From assembly GCA_963719085.1 (NCBI GenBank), contig CAVRAL010000001.1, forward strand, positions 1,280,001 through 1,344,000: 64,000 bases of DNA, read 5' to 3'. This document shows, in pieces, positions 49,649 to 57,983 of the stretch (position 1 is its first letter; each line of letters begins with the position of its first letter). A program made the translations under genes and the position numbers. This DNA is from a candidate division FCPU426 bacterium. Its GTDB lineage: Bacteria > Oederibacteriota > Muellerivitia > Muellerivitales > Muellerivitaceae. Below the pieces are notes generated by a model that saw only the letters and a list, made by a program, of their open reading frames with translations, made no database searches and was not told the origin of the DNA.

Positions 49649-51238
49649 CTATGAAGTTGTAGGCCTTGACGAAGAAGATGCCTCAGGAACATTCGACGCA
49701 GCTTCCCTTTCAGTTGCTGCCTTGTTCTCAATCCTAACAATTTTGGCCTTAAGAAGATCATTTTTGAGACGACGGACACTGTCAGGATTCACGCGACCTT
49801 GCAAACTTGTAACGCGAAATTCCGAAATAGCATCATAAATAAACTGCCGCAAACACTCTTCGATAGCTTCGGTTGAATAAATTGAAGAGTAGTATGGATG
49901 AAGACCGTTGACAATGATATGGATGACCCCCTTTTCAGCCCCAGCCTCAATCGTAACATAGGGATCGTGCTCGCTTCTTTCCTGTTCTGAGACTATCACT
50001 TTCAGATCAGACAAAACTTCGAGAGTATATAGACGATCGTCCACGCTGAGTGAAGCGACTTGTTTAGCATTATTGGCTTGAATCGTCTCAACTGGAGGTA
50101 ATACCACCGTACTAATTGCATCCTTGATCTCAGGATTTACGAATTCCGAAGCCATACTTTCAACCAAGTCCTTCATCTTTTCTTTTGACCATGATTGCCC
50201 TCGATCGCCCCGACGACTTTGAGCATACTCCCGATATGTTTTTGTTGCGTTTTCAAGATATCTTTCCAATTCCTCTTCTTCATTTCCTTGAAAAAGAATC
50301 GCATCCTTTGTATGAGAAACCTCAAAACCATCCAACTCGATGACTCCAGCGAGACGTTGGGCAATAAGATTATTTGCACCCTCATCATCAACACCGCCAA
50401 ATATGTTACTCGGCTTCCAAGCATTTGGGACACCTTGGATTTGACGCCCATGTTGGAATAAGGAAAAACCTGCCCATTTTCTGCCACCACTCCCTTTACG
50501 AAGGACACCAAACCACCCCTTCACTTTCTTCCCTTCAATATTTACATCAAATTCTTGTTTCATAGACTTACCTTCTGCATCGGTATCGATAGCATATTTA
50601 TCAATACTGGTAACCGCCTCACCGTTATAAGTAAGTTTCAAAACACCTGAAGAAAGGTCAAACCGATACATAGAGCCAAAATAAGTACGAATGGTATCTT
50701 CAGTTCTTTTCTGAATGTGTCTATTCAAATCAGAAATGATAATACGAGTGTAGTGTAAATTTTTATCTACGGGGCGGGACGTCAACGGAACGCGGGCGCG
50801 CCCTTCGACAATCGCGTTTACATCAATATCTGCCGTCCACTCAATACCACTATCCCATTCACAAGTAACTACCTGCCACCGTCTTCCTATCCAACACGCG
50901 GCCGTCTTCAATCCCATTCCATACTTCGATCGCCCCTTACTATCGCTAGTAGGATTAGCGATTTTAAGGGCTTGAATTAGCTTATCTTTAGTCATTCCAA
51001 TTGAATTGTCCTCAATGGTTATCGTCTTTTGTGTTTTGCTGTGAATTATATCAACCACTAGACCTGTGCCTTCCGCCTTGAAAATATCATTCACAATTCC
51101 GCCATAATTCGTGCGCGATTGAGTCGAATTATCAATAAACTCGGCGAGCGCATACCACATCGTATAAGGCAGACGGCTAAACTGACTAATGGCGCTTACA
51201 CCAACAGTTAAATCCGTTACATCATTTTCCTGTTGCAC
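49649..51238 (-). CDS. GHKL ATPase (prokaryotic MORC-like)
   Basis: ALAEFIDNS, IEDNSIGM, SKYGMGLKTA, S5-like GFSLFQHGRQI and RLAGVIE, C-terminal NGLHPYY. Confidence 0.88.
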   Translation of the reverse strand: MQQENDVTDLTVGVSAISQFSRLPYTMWYALAEFIDNSTQSRTNYGGIVNDIFKAEGTGLVVDIIHSKTQKTITIEDNSIGMTKDKLIQALKIANPTSDSKGRSKYGMGLKTAACWIGRRWQVVTCEWDSGIEWTADIDVNAIVEGRARVPLTSRPVDKNLHYTRIIISDLNRHIQKRTEDTIRTYFGSMYRFDLSSGVLKLTYNGEAVTSIDKYAIDTDAEGKSMKQEFDVNIEGKKVKGWFGVLRKGSGGRKWAGFSLFQHGRQIQGVPNAWKPSNIFGGVDDEGANNLIAQRLAGVIELDGFEVSHTKDAILFQGNEEEELERYLENATKTYREYAQSRRGDRGQSWSKEKMKDLVESMASEFVNPEIKDAISTVVLPPVETIQANNAKQVASLSVDDRLYTLEVLSDLKVIVSEQERSEHDPYVTIEAGAEKGVIHIIVNGLHPYYSSIYSTEAIEECLRQFIYDAISEFRVTSLQGRVNPDSVRRLKNDLLKAKIVRIENKAATEREAASNVPEASSSSRPTTS

Positions 51239-52238
51239 TTTTCACCCTCCTGTTTTTTTTAATCAATTTTCCAAATCGACCAACCGAGCCTCTTATATAT
51301 TCTTTATTCGCCTCAATGGATAACCAACGACGCTTCAATGACTCGGCAGTCGCCCCAGTCGTATTGCTTCCACCAAACGGGTCCAAAACAAGATCCCCCT
51401 TAACGGTTAGAAACTTGATAAAAAATTCCGCCATTTCTTTCGGCATACGAGCCGGGTGAAAAGCTATATTTTTTTCTTTGCAATATTCCTGATAAGGATC
51501 GTTTGTTCTAGTATTTGAAAAAATCAAGACATTGCTAGGAATGGCCCCGCCGTTTTTAGTAAGAAATGAAGTCTCCCCAATGTTATGTTCGGAAGGGCGT
51601 TTACCGGAATTATACTTTTGGGTCTTTAGCAACCGTTTCATAGACTCGCTGTATTCAACGAGCACGCGCTTATTGTTTGCCTTAGGAAATGCATCTTGCG
51701 ACATCCACCAAATATGGGTATATGCATCTTTTACTCGAATGCGCCGGACATTCACCCATTCAGCTGGTCCCGGTAAACGAGCAGGGTTATACCAAACAAA
51801 TTGCTGGCAAAGCTTCAAGTGACCCAAATCCAGAAACGCAAGAAGAGATCGCAGAGCAAGTGTCGACATCACTGGTTCGCCAGGCTCCCATGCATTGCCC
51901 ATTTCGAGAACAACAGACCCGCGCGGCTTCAAGAAATAATTCAATTCTTTGGCAAATCCCGAAAGCCACTTCGTGAATTCTTCCCCTTCCTTGTTTCCAT
52001 ATTTTTTTTTGCGGTTCAGCGGAAAAGGCGGGGAAGAAAAAATTAGATCGACTTTACCTTTATATTTTTCAAACATTTTCGACTTTAGAACAATTTCCGA
52101 ATCCCCGTGAATCATGGCTCCCAAACTAGTCCTATAAGCTATTTTCGGTTTTTGAATACTGATTTTTTCCAATGTCGTTCCAAATTCAAGAAAATGTTTT
52201 AGTGATTCTAACCGAACATCATTCAAAAGAGAACTCAA
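51222..52238 (-). CDS. Beta-class N4-C/N6-A DNA methyltransferase (M.PvuII-like)
   Basis: SPPF before HPARMP and DPFGGSNTT; EWVNVRRIRVKDA recalls M.PvuII; start uncertain. Confidence 0.9.
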   Translation of the reverse strand: MSSLLNDVRLESLKHFLEFGTTLEKISIQKPKIAYRTSLGAMIHGDSEIVLKSKMFEKYKGKVDLIFSSPPFPLNRKKKYGNKEGEEFTKWLSGFAKELNYFLKPRGSVVLEMGNAWEPGEPVMSTLALRSLLAFLDLGHLKLCQQFVWYNPARLPGPAEWVNVRRIRVKDAYTHIWWMSQDAFPKANNKRVLVEYSESMKRLLKTQKYNSGKRPSEHNIGETSFLTKNGGAIPSNVLIFSNTRTNDPYQEYCKEKNIAFHPARMPKEMAEFFIKFLTVKGDLVLDPFGGSNTTGATAESLKRRWLSIEANKEYIRGSVGRFGKLIKKNRRVKSATGK

Positions 52239-52463
52239 GTCAGCCTATGCAAATAAAACCCCAAACTGATTAGGCCACCTAAAAGACAGCTTATAACGTC
52301 CCATTTCGAGCCTTTATCCTTCAATTTATTTCAAAGTTAAGCTAATACACATTTCCACTTCTTTACGAATCCAAGACAAGAATTGCCACCTTTGAAATTG
52401 GCCTTGATCGATTTCAACAACCTCCTGCATGAAACGCAGGTGGCTGTTCAATAGAACCTTTTC

Positions 52464-52491
52464 GTGTCATATACGTGTCATTCGGTGTCAT
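52464..52491. repeat. Triple GTGTCAT repeat, candidate integrase arm-type sites
   Basis: Starts at 52464, 52475 and 52485; matching pair at 41824 and 41835. Confidence 0.7.
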
Positions 52492-52538
52492 TCAAAGCAT
52501 GTTTTTACCATCTCTAACCGTCGACTACCATCAGAAAT

Positions 52539-52591
52539 AAAAAAGACCTTTGCTCGCTCGGGTGATGAAACCCTTACAGGCAAAGGCCTTT
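52539..52591 (-). terminator. Terminator downstream of tRNA-Asp, supplied by the island
   Basis: AAAGACCTTTGC...GCAAAGGCCTTT with a minus-strand U tract. Confidence 0.65.
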
Positions 52592-52622
52592 GAAAATGTG
52601 CTAGGGACATTTTAATTTGTAA

Positions 52623-52699
52623 TGGCGGGGTTGACGGGGCTCGAACCCGCGACCTCCTGCGTGACAGGCAGGCGCTCTAACCAACTGAGCTACAACCCC
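52623..52699 (-). tRNA. tRNA-Asp (GTC)
   Basis: GGGGTTGTAGCTCAGTTGGTTAGAGCGCCTGCCTGTCACGCAGGAGGTCGCGGGTTCGAGCCCCGTCAACCCCGCCA; 77 nt, cloverleaf, encoded CCA. Confidence 0.97.
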
Positions 52700-52786
52700 C
52701 TGCAGAAGGACGAAAAAGCGGGAAAACACATCGCTTTGTCACAGGCCCCAAGGGGCCTTCCCACAAGGGAAGCGAAACGAGGCGCT

Positions 52787-52815
52787 ATACTACAAAGCGG
52801 GGCCGGTTTAGTCAA
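52787..52815 (-). promoter_or_regulatory. Sigma70 promoter for tRNA-Asp
   Basis: TTGACT-17 bp-TAGTAT on the minus strand. Confidence 0.65.
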
Positions 52816-52922
52816 GAAAAGCCCGACTAAAACGGGTGTGCGAAAGCGGTGTTTCCAAAGCTTATGATATAAAGTCTCAAGTTAGCTTTGGCCCAATCCA
52901 TTCCAATAGGAACCATTCTTAC

Positions 52923-53696
52923 ATGGCAAAAAAACTAAGCTGGTTGGAAAAGCACCCGAAAATAGTCGAAGTCCTGGATCGGCTTTGGCTTCTGCTGATC
53001 GCCCTCAACGTCCTGGCGGTGATTTACGGGACCGAGGAAGACTTGTATCAGGCCTACAAGTCTCGGTTCGACGGGTTCGAGTTTTTCTCGATCTTAGCCT
53101 TCACCTTGGAATACATCCTGCGGTTGGTCATTTGCACACGGGACAAACGCTACTCAAAACCCTTTAGCGGGCGGCTCAAATACGCCCTGACGCCCATGGC
53201 CCTCATCGATCTTTTCTCGTTTCTTCCCTTTTACCTGCCCTTCCTCATCCCCATGGACCTTCGGGTGCTTCGCGCCATCCGCCTTTTGCGCATCTTTCGA
53301 ATCCTCAAGATCTTCCACCACTCGGGTTATTCCAACGCCCTCACGCTTATCGTCAAGGTCTTCCATAATCGGCGCAAGGAACTGGCGGTAACTTTTTCGG
53401 CGGCCTTGGTGATTGTCTTGATCAGCTCATCTTTGATGTACTTCGCGGAACACGACGCCCAGCCCGTCGTCTTCCCCGATATTCCCTCAACAATCTGGTG
53501 GTGCGTGATGACCCTTTCGACCATCGGCTACCACGAGATTTATCCCGTGACCTTCGCGGGAAGATTTATCGGCGCTTTTATTTCGATAGTGGGAATCGGC
53601 CTATTCGCCCTGCCGGCCGGCATTTTGGGATCGGGATTTGTAGAAGAAATTAGGAATGAAAAGCGGGTTGAGGAAGAAACTAAGAAGCGAAAGTGA
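52923..53696 (+). CDS. 6-TM voltage-gated K+-channel-like ion transporter
   Basis: S4 LRVLRAIRLLRIFRILK; pore WWCVMTLSTIGYHEIYP. Confidence 0.88.
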   Translation: MAKKLSWLEKHPKIVEVLDRLWLLLIALNVLAVIYGTEEDLYQAYKSRFDGFEFFSILAFTLEYILRLVICTRDKRYSKPFSGRLKYALTPMALIDLFSFLPFYLPFLIPMDLRVLRAIRLLRIFRILKIFHHSGYSNALTLIVKVFHNRRKELAVTFSAALVIVLISSSLMYFAEHDAQPVVFPDIPSTIWWCVMTLSTIGYHEIYPVTFAGRFIGAFISIVGIGLFALPAGILGSGFVEEIRNEKRVEEETKKRK

Positions 53697-53729
53697 TCGT
53701 TCAAGCCCGACATTGTCCATAATTGGCTT

Positions 53730-53757
53730 TGTCCACGAAGGGTCCCTGTCGTGGACA
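53730..53757. repeat. 28-bp palindromic repeat
   Basis: TGTCCACGAAGGGTCCCTGTCGTGGACA. Confidence 0.8.
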
Positions 53758-53841
53758 GGATTAACACAAAGAGTCTGACCAAAAGTGGTAACTTCAGCCA
53801 GACTCCAATTACCAAATTTCGCCGTAGTTAAAGTTTCGGTC

Positions 53842-54809
53842 TTACTTTCGATTCCCGATTTTGATGTCAACTCCAGATACTTTTACAACCGCCCGCCAAA
53901 GGGCGTCCTGATTTGCGCGGTCATGGAGGTGTTCATGGCGCATGATCTCAATGGGACCCGTCATCTTTTTTGGAGGCGAGCAAAAGAACTTGCCAGAAAC
54001 ATCGACGCCAAACTTCGAGGCCGCGAGATATCTTTTGGCCCCTTCATCGACGGAATGCGACATTCCAGGAATAAGTTTCGAGATCGGCACAAATACGTTC
54101 TTCATCACAAAACCTAGATTGCGAGGCGCCTGGGTATCTGGAGCGGCTCCGGGTGAAACTGCGTATACGGCCATGTCCGCAGGAAGCTTTCGAGCAAGGG
54201 CCGCGACCCACCACGCGACAAATATTTTAGCATCAGAGTAAGCCGTGTAGGCTTGTATTTTACATTCGGGGAGCTGCGCAAAATCGCTTCTATGGCTGAA
54301 ACCCGGTCGCCTTTGTACTCTTTCGCGGCGAATGCCGCCAAGTCGGTAAATTGAAACATGGGTACATCACCTCGTGCAGGTTCCGCACCGGCAATAACGA
54401 TACGAGCATCCGGCGCCAGAAGTCCGGCCCCTAAAAGTCCCATCGTTAACTGGTGATGGCCGATCAACGGCGCTTGCGAAGCCTCAATGTTCTCGCTTGT
54501 CACAACACGTTCTTTGCCTGGCATCATACCGGCATTAAGAAGGAGAAAATCTATGGGTTCGCCTCCCTCTCCCTTAACTAGCTCGGCGACCGCCTTCTTC
54601 ACGCTTGCAAACGAATCTAGGTCGAGGGCAAGACCAGCGATATTTTTCGTTCCGGCATCGGTCCTTAATCCTCTAACGGCTTCATCCACTTTGGCCTGGC
54701 TGCGTCCAGTGACTATAACCTGACTCCAACCATCCATGGCAAGCTGCTTGGCTGCCGAGTATCCTAAACCAGACGTAGCGCCGGTAACGAGTGCAACAGC
54801 CTTTTTCAT
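53842..54809 (-). pseudogene. SDR oxidoreductase split by a frameshift near 54247
   Basis: TGATSGLG and LNAG in one frame; AYSDAK (YxxxK) and AVSPG continue in another frame. Confidence 0.82.
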
Positions 54810-54856
54810 AGTTTGTCTCCCAAATCCAACATTGAAGAAATTTCAAAAGCCCATTA

Positions 54857-54918
54857 CTGTAGTACACGCTACAGATTTACGCATCCGCCGTCAAGCGATA
54901 TTGTTGTGGTCGCTACAA
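54857..54918. promoter_or_regulatory. Two TetR operator candidates
   Basis: CTGTAG-N6-CTACAG (54857-54874) and TTGTTG-N6-CTACAA (54901-54918) between divergent SDR and TetR. Confidence 0.65.
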
Positions 54919-54957
54919 ATGGATTGTTTAATGAGTTTCGCGTGGGTAAAATAAGGC

Positions 54958-55545
54958 ATGAGTCGAAAAATAGAATTTAATTACGATAAGGCGTTGGATC
55001 AAGCGATGCGAGTTTTCTGGGGTGAGGGGTACTCCGGCGCATCCTTAAGAGACCTTCTCAAGGCGATGAAAATTGGAGAAGGCTCCTTCTACAATACCGT
55101 CAAAAGCAAAAAGCAACTCTACCTCGAATGCTTGAATCGATATGGAGCGGTCGAAGGCAATAAAAGAATTTTGGCTCTAACATCAGCCCCGAATGCGCGT
55201 CTCGGACTGCGGGCTATGCTAAGCGCAATGTTCGATTGTCTCGATGATCCGAAGAACCCCTCATCTCTTTGCATGATCGCGGCAATGATTTCCAATGATG
55301 TAATGGCTGATAGCGAATTAAAGAAAATGGCTATTGCCCATGTCAAACAAGCAAAAAAGTTAATTGAAGATAAGCTCCATGAGGACAAAAAAGCTGGGCG
55401 TCTTCCAAAAAGCTATGACTCACATACAGTCGCTGATGTCATAGTTACTTATTTCCAAGGCATTTGGCGCATGGCCATGATTTCATACCAACGGGAACAG
55501 TTCGAGCGTGAATCAGAGGCATTTCTTCAAGGACTGGGCCTTTAG
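54958..55545 (+). CDS. TetR/AcrR family regulator
   Basis: AMRVFWGEGYSGASLRDL..GSFYN..SKKQL. Confidence 0.92.
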   Translation: MSRKIEFNYDKALDQAMRVFWGEGYSGASLRDLLKAMKIGEGSFYNTVKSKKQLYLECLNRYGAVEGNKRILALTSAPNARLGLRAMLSAMFDCLDDPKNPSSLCMIAAMISNDVMADSELKKMAIAHVKQAKKLIEDKLHEDKKAGRLPKSYDSHTVADVIVTYFQGIWRMAMISYQREQFERESEAFLQGLGL

Positions 55546-55644
55546 TTTTAAAATTCCTGAGTCACACGGATACTCCAACATCCAAGTCATCGACACTTCG
55601 CCGGAAATGAAACAAGAAAATTAATTTTCAAAGGTCTTTTTTCT

Positions 55645-55672
55645 TGTCCACGACGGGTCCCCGTCGCGGGCA
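55645..55672. repeat. 28-bp palindromic repeat
   Basis: TGTCCACGACGGGTCCCCGTCGCGGGCA. Confidence 0.8.
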
Positions 55673-55712
55673 GCCAAACAATGGCTAAATAATAAGCCGC
55701 TACCTTCAGAAA

Positions 55713-56930
55713 TTATTCTTGGCCGAATGTTGTTTGATATGCGGGGGAATGAATGATTTGCCGAAATTGTGTATCAGCCTCAACTTTGGCCCTGTTTCCA
55801 GGATCCATTCCGTAAAGTATTTTTAAATCACTTATCGCGCTTGCCGCGTCTCCGGCCGCCCAGTCGGCAAGCGCCAAGTTATATCGGCTCATGTCATTCC
55901 CGGGGTCAAATTGGATTGAGGTTGAGAGAGCCCGGATAGCCTGACCGATTTGATGAACTCTATAGAAGGAATACCCCATCAAACCGTAAGCCTCACTATT
56001 TTTCGAGTCAACCTGAACGGCTTCCTGATATTTCCGGATCGCCGGAAAGAACTTGCCTTTCAAATAATAATCTTTTCCGGCTTTAATAAATTTTTCCAAT
56101 TCCCCGTTTTGATCAATTTCCTGCGCGCCCCAACGATCGAACTTATTATCCGAATGTCCGCTCGTTAGAACATAATCTTTACGGGTATCGAGCTTATAAA
56201 AGTGCAATTGGCGGTCAACATAATCCATCCAGCAACCCTCCACCCACAGAACCCACTGTTTGTCCGGGGTTAGATCAAAATTGATGCCATCACCAATATG
56301 GGTCAAGGTTTTTTTCTCAGGATCAAAACTGTAATAGTTCCAATTGCGGCCATTCGAGGGACCACCCGAAACCGCGATAAACGCCAAATCCCGATTGGGG
56401 TCCCAAAATAAAAAATGCCACCAATCCTCGTCAGATTCGAAGGACTCACCGTCAAACGAGGGCATTTTGACCCGCCAGATCGCGCCTGTTTCATTATTGG
56501 CCAGGATCATTTCGGGGTCATTATATTGATTCGGGCCAATGGCCCACGACCCGGTCGGGGATACGGATTCAATATCTAAATCATACTCAGGGACCGAAGT
56601 CGCCCTTTTCATATTAATCTGCATCATTCCATCCGCGTCAAGTTCATCGCCCGAGGCACTTTGAATGGTGCCATTCGTGGTCAATCGGCATGGTTTAAAG
56701 TAACTTTTCCCTTTAAGTCGGTAGACCCGACGCCAAAAATAAAACGTGGGGAACAAAGGCTTGTCCATCGCTATATCCCCTCCGGCCACAAGTAAAACTT
56801 GCGCGGCCACTGGAGTCGCATTGAGTATCAAAGTGGGTGTTGCGGCAGGGATATCCTTATTGTTGAAGGAATCAGCAAAAGTGTTATTGGCGCAGATGAA
56901 CGCCAAGAAAAAAATCCAAAAGAATTTCAT
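55713..56930 (-). CDS. Secreted protein with beta-propeller-like region and C-terminal TPRs
   Basis: Signal peptide; SPTG, WDP, TPD repeats; AIRKYQEAV..AYGLMG TPR pattern. Confidence 0.78.
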   Translation of the reverse strand: MKFFWIFFLAFICANNTFADSFNNKDIPAATPTLILNATPVAAQVLLVAGGDIAMDKPLFPTFYFWRRVYRLKGKSYFKPCRLTTNGTIQSASGDELDADGMMQINMKRATSVPEYDLDIESVSPTGSWAIGPNQYNDPEMILANNETGAIWRVKMPSFDGESFESDEDWWHFLFWDPNRDLAFIAVSGGPSNGRNWNYYSFDPEKKTLTHIGDGINFDLTPDKQWVLWVEGCWMDYVDRQLHFYKLDTRKDYVLTSGHSDNKFDRWGAQEIDQNGELEKFIKAGKDYYLKGKFFPAIRKYQEAVQVDSKNSEAYGLMGYSFYRVHQIGQAIRALSTSIQFDPGNDMSRYNLALADWAAGDAASAISDLKILYGMDPGNRAKVEADTQFRQIIHSPAYQTTFGQE

Positions 56931-57004
56931 ATAAGAACCCTTCTTCAACGACTTCTTAAAGTCTCTCGATAAAAAGCGGGATCAAACTTACCCCAACTTT
57001 TCCC

Positions 57005-57032
57005 TGTCCACCACAGGTCCCCGTCGTGGACA
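57005..57032. repeat. 28-bp palindromic repeat
   Basis: TGTCCACCACAGGTCCCCGTCGTGGACA. Confidence 0.8.
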
Positions 57033-57045
57033 GATCTGGAAAATC

Positions 57046-57336
57046 TTAATGCGCGTTAGAAGGCTTCTTTTTTCCAGCGACACTCAATAAGGCTTCGTTG
57101 ATGACTGTTTGGTATCCAATCCCCTTCTCACGGCCTATTTTCTTGGCCCATTCCAAGGCTTTCGGGTTGAGGCGGATGGAAACCGGAAAATAAAGCTCAT
57201 GAGGCGCTTTAGGCGGTCGACCACGCGGACGGCGCGGTTTTCCGGTGTGATGTTCGATTGCCCGACGGTTCTTCTCCACTTCTCCGGGAGTTAACCTCCG
57301 TGCTTTGTGAAACGGGAATTCATTTGAGCTCTTCAT
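57046..57336 (-). CDS. brnA: BrnA family antitoxin
   Basis: RGRP...VSIRL...GIGYQTVINEAL. Confidence 0.88.
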   Translation of the reverse strand: MKSSNEFPFHKARRLTPGEVEKNRRAIEHHTGKPRRPRGRPPKAPHELYFPVSIRLNPKALEWAKKIGREKGIGYQTVINEALLSVAGKKKPSNAH

Positions 57337-57601
57337 AACGGGTCCTTTCCCGACGGCTTGCCGGCCTCGCGCTGATGACGCGACAGACCTGGCCTTGTGA
57401 GCGCTTGGTGAAAACTACCACCAGAACTTTTCCACCATCAGATTCTCCAATTAACCATTCCCTGGACTCCGTGGTCGAATGCTTAGGGTCGGCGGCCACT
57501 AGGGCATATGGATCATCAAAGGCCGAGATAGCTGCTTTGAAAGAAACACCGTGTTTCTTGAAATTAGCTTCGTCCTTGGCGGCGTTCCAGTCAAATCGCA
57601 T
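57320..57601 (-). CDS. brnT: BrnT family toxin
   Basis: FDWNAAKDEANFKKHGVSF, RVISARPA. Confidence 0.92.
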   Translation of the reverse strand: MRFDWNAAKDEANFKKHGVSFKAAISAFDDPYALVAADPKHSTTESREWLIGESDGGKVLVVVFTKRSQGQVCRVISARPASRRERTRYEELK

Positions 57602-57607
57602 GTTATT

Positions 57608-57636
57608 AGTATATACTGTAAATGGGGGGTAGTCAA
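57608..57636 (-). promoter_or_regulatory. Sigma70 promoter giving a probably leaderless brnTA mRNA
   Basis: TTGACT-17 bp-TATACT, with the ATG 6 nt after the -10 box. Confidence 0.7.
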
Positions 57637-57681
57637 GATTGGGCTTACCAGCATCAGACCATCCCGCTTAGGGTTTTTAGC

Positions 57682-57709
57682 TGTCCACGACAAGAACTCG
57701 TCATGGACA
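57682..57709. repeat. 28-bp palindromic repeat (inverted orientation)
   Basis: Reverse complement TGTCCATGACGAGTTCTTGTCGTGGACA. Confidence 0.75.
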
Positions 57710-57983
57710 AGCGCCGACTTTCCGCTTAGAAGGGGGCTCAACGTACTGCGCCCATAGGCCGCGAACAGGGACAGGACCACGGGGATCAGCCCTCTATGCA
57801 AAATGATAACCGTCGGCCACAAGCCAATTCCTTTAACTCATTTTTTGAAAATTGGCTAAGATTGCCGTATCGCGCGTTGATATCGACCATTCATTTTGGC
57901 AAATGAAAAAGAGGTCGGTTCACGCCCAATTCTCGTAACCACCTTATGGAGAATTGGGATGCCTCGCAATGACAAATTCTGAA

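Larger units (their letters stand above)
41694..52667. mobile_element. tRNA-Asp-integrated genomic island (~10.9 kb) with int/xis and defence-like cargo
   Basis: 46-bp direct repeats, tyrosine integrase and excisionase at one end, visibly AT-richer than the flanks. Confidence 0.92.

Noticed and set aside
41795..52238. Prophage
   Set aside because: No terminase, capsid, tail or lysis genes.
52622..52867. ORFs beginning MAGLTGLEPATSCVT (also within 41664-41918)
   Set aside because: Translations of the tRNA/att antisense strand.
53730..57709. 28-bp palindromes as a CRISPR array or integron attC sites
   Set aside because: Spacing of 0.7-1.9 kb, no cas genes, no RYYYAAC/GTTRRRY ends and no integron integrase in the window.
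57710..57830. Possible gene remnant upstream of brnT
   Set aside because: Short, no RBS and no recognisable family.
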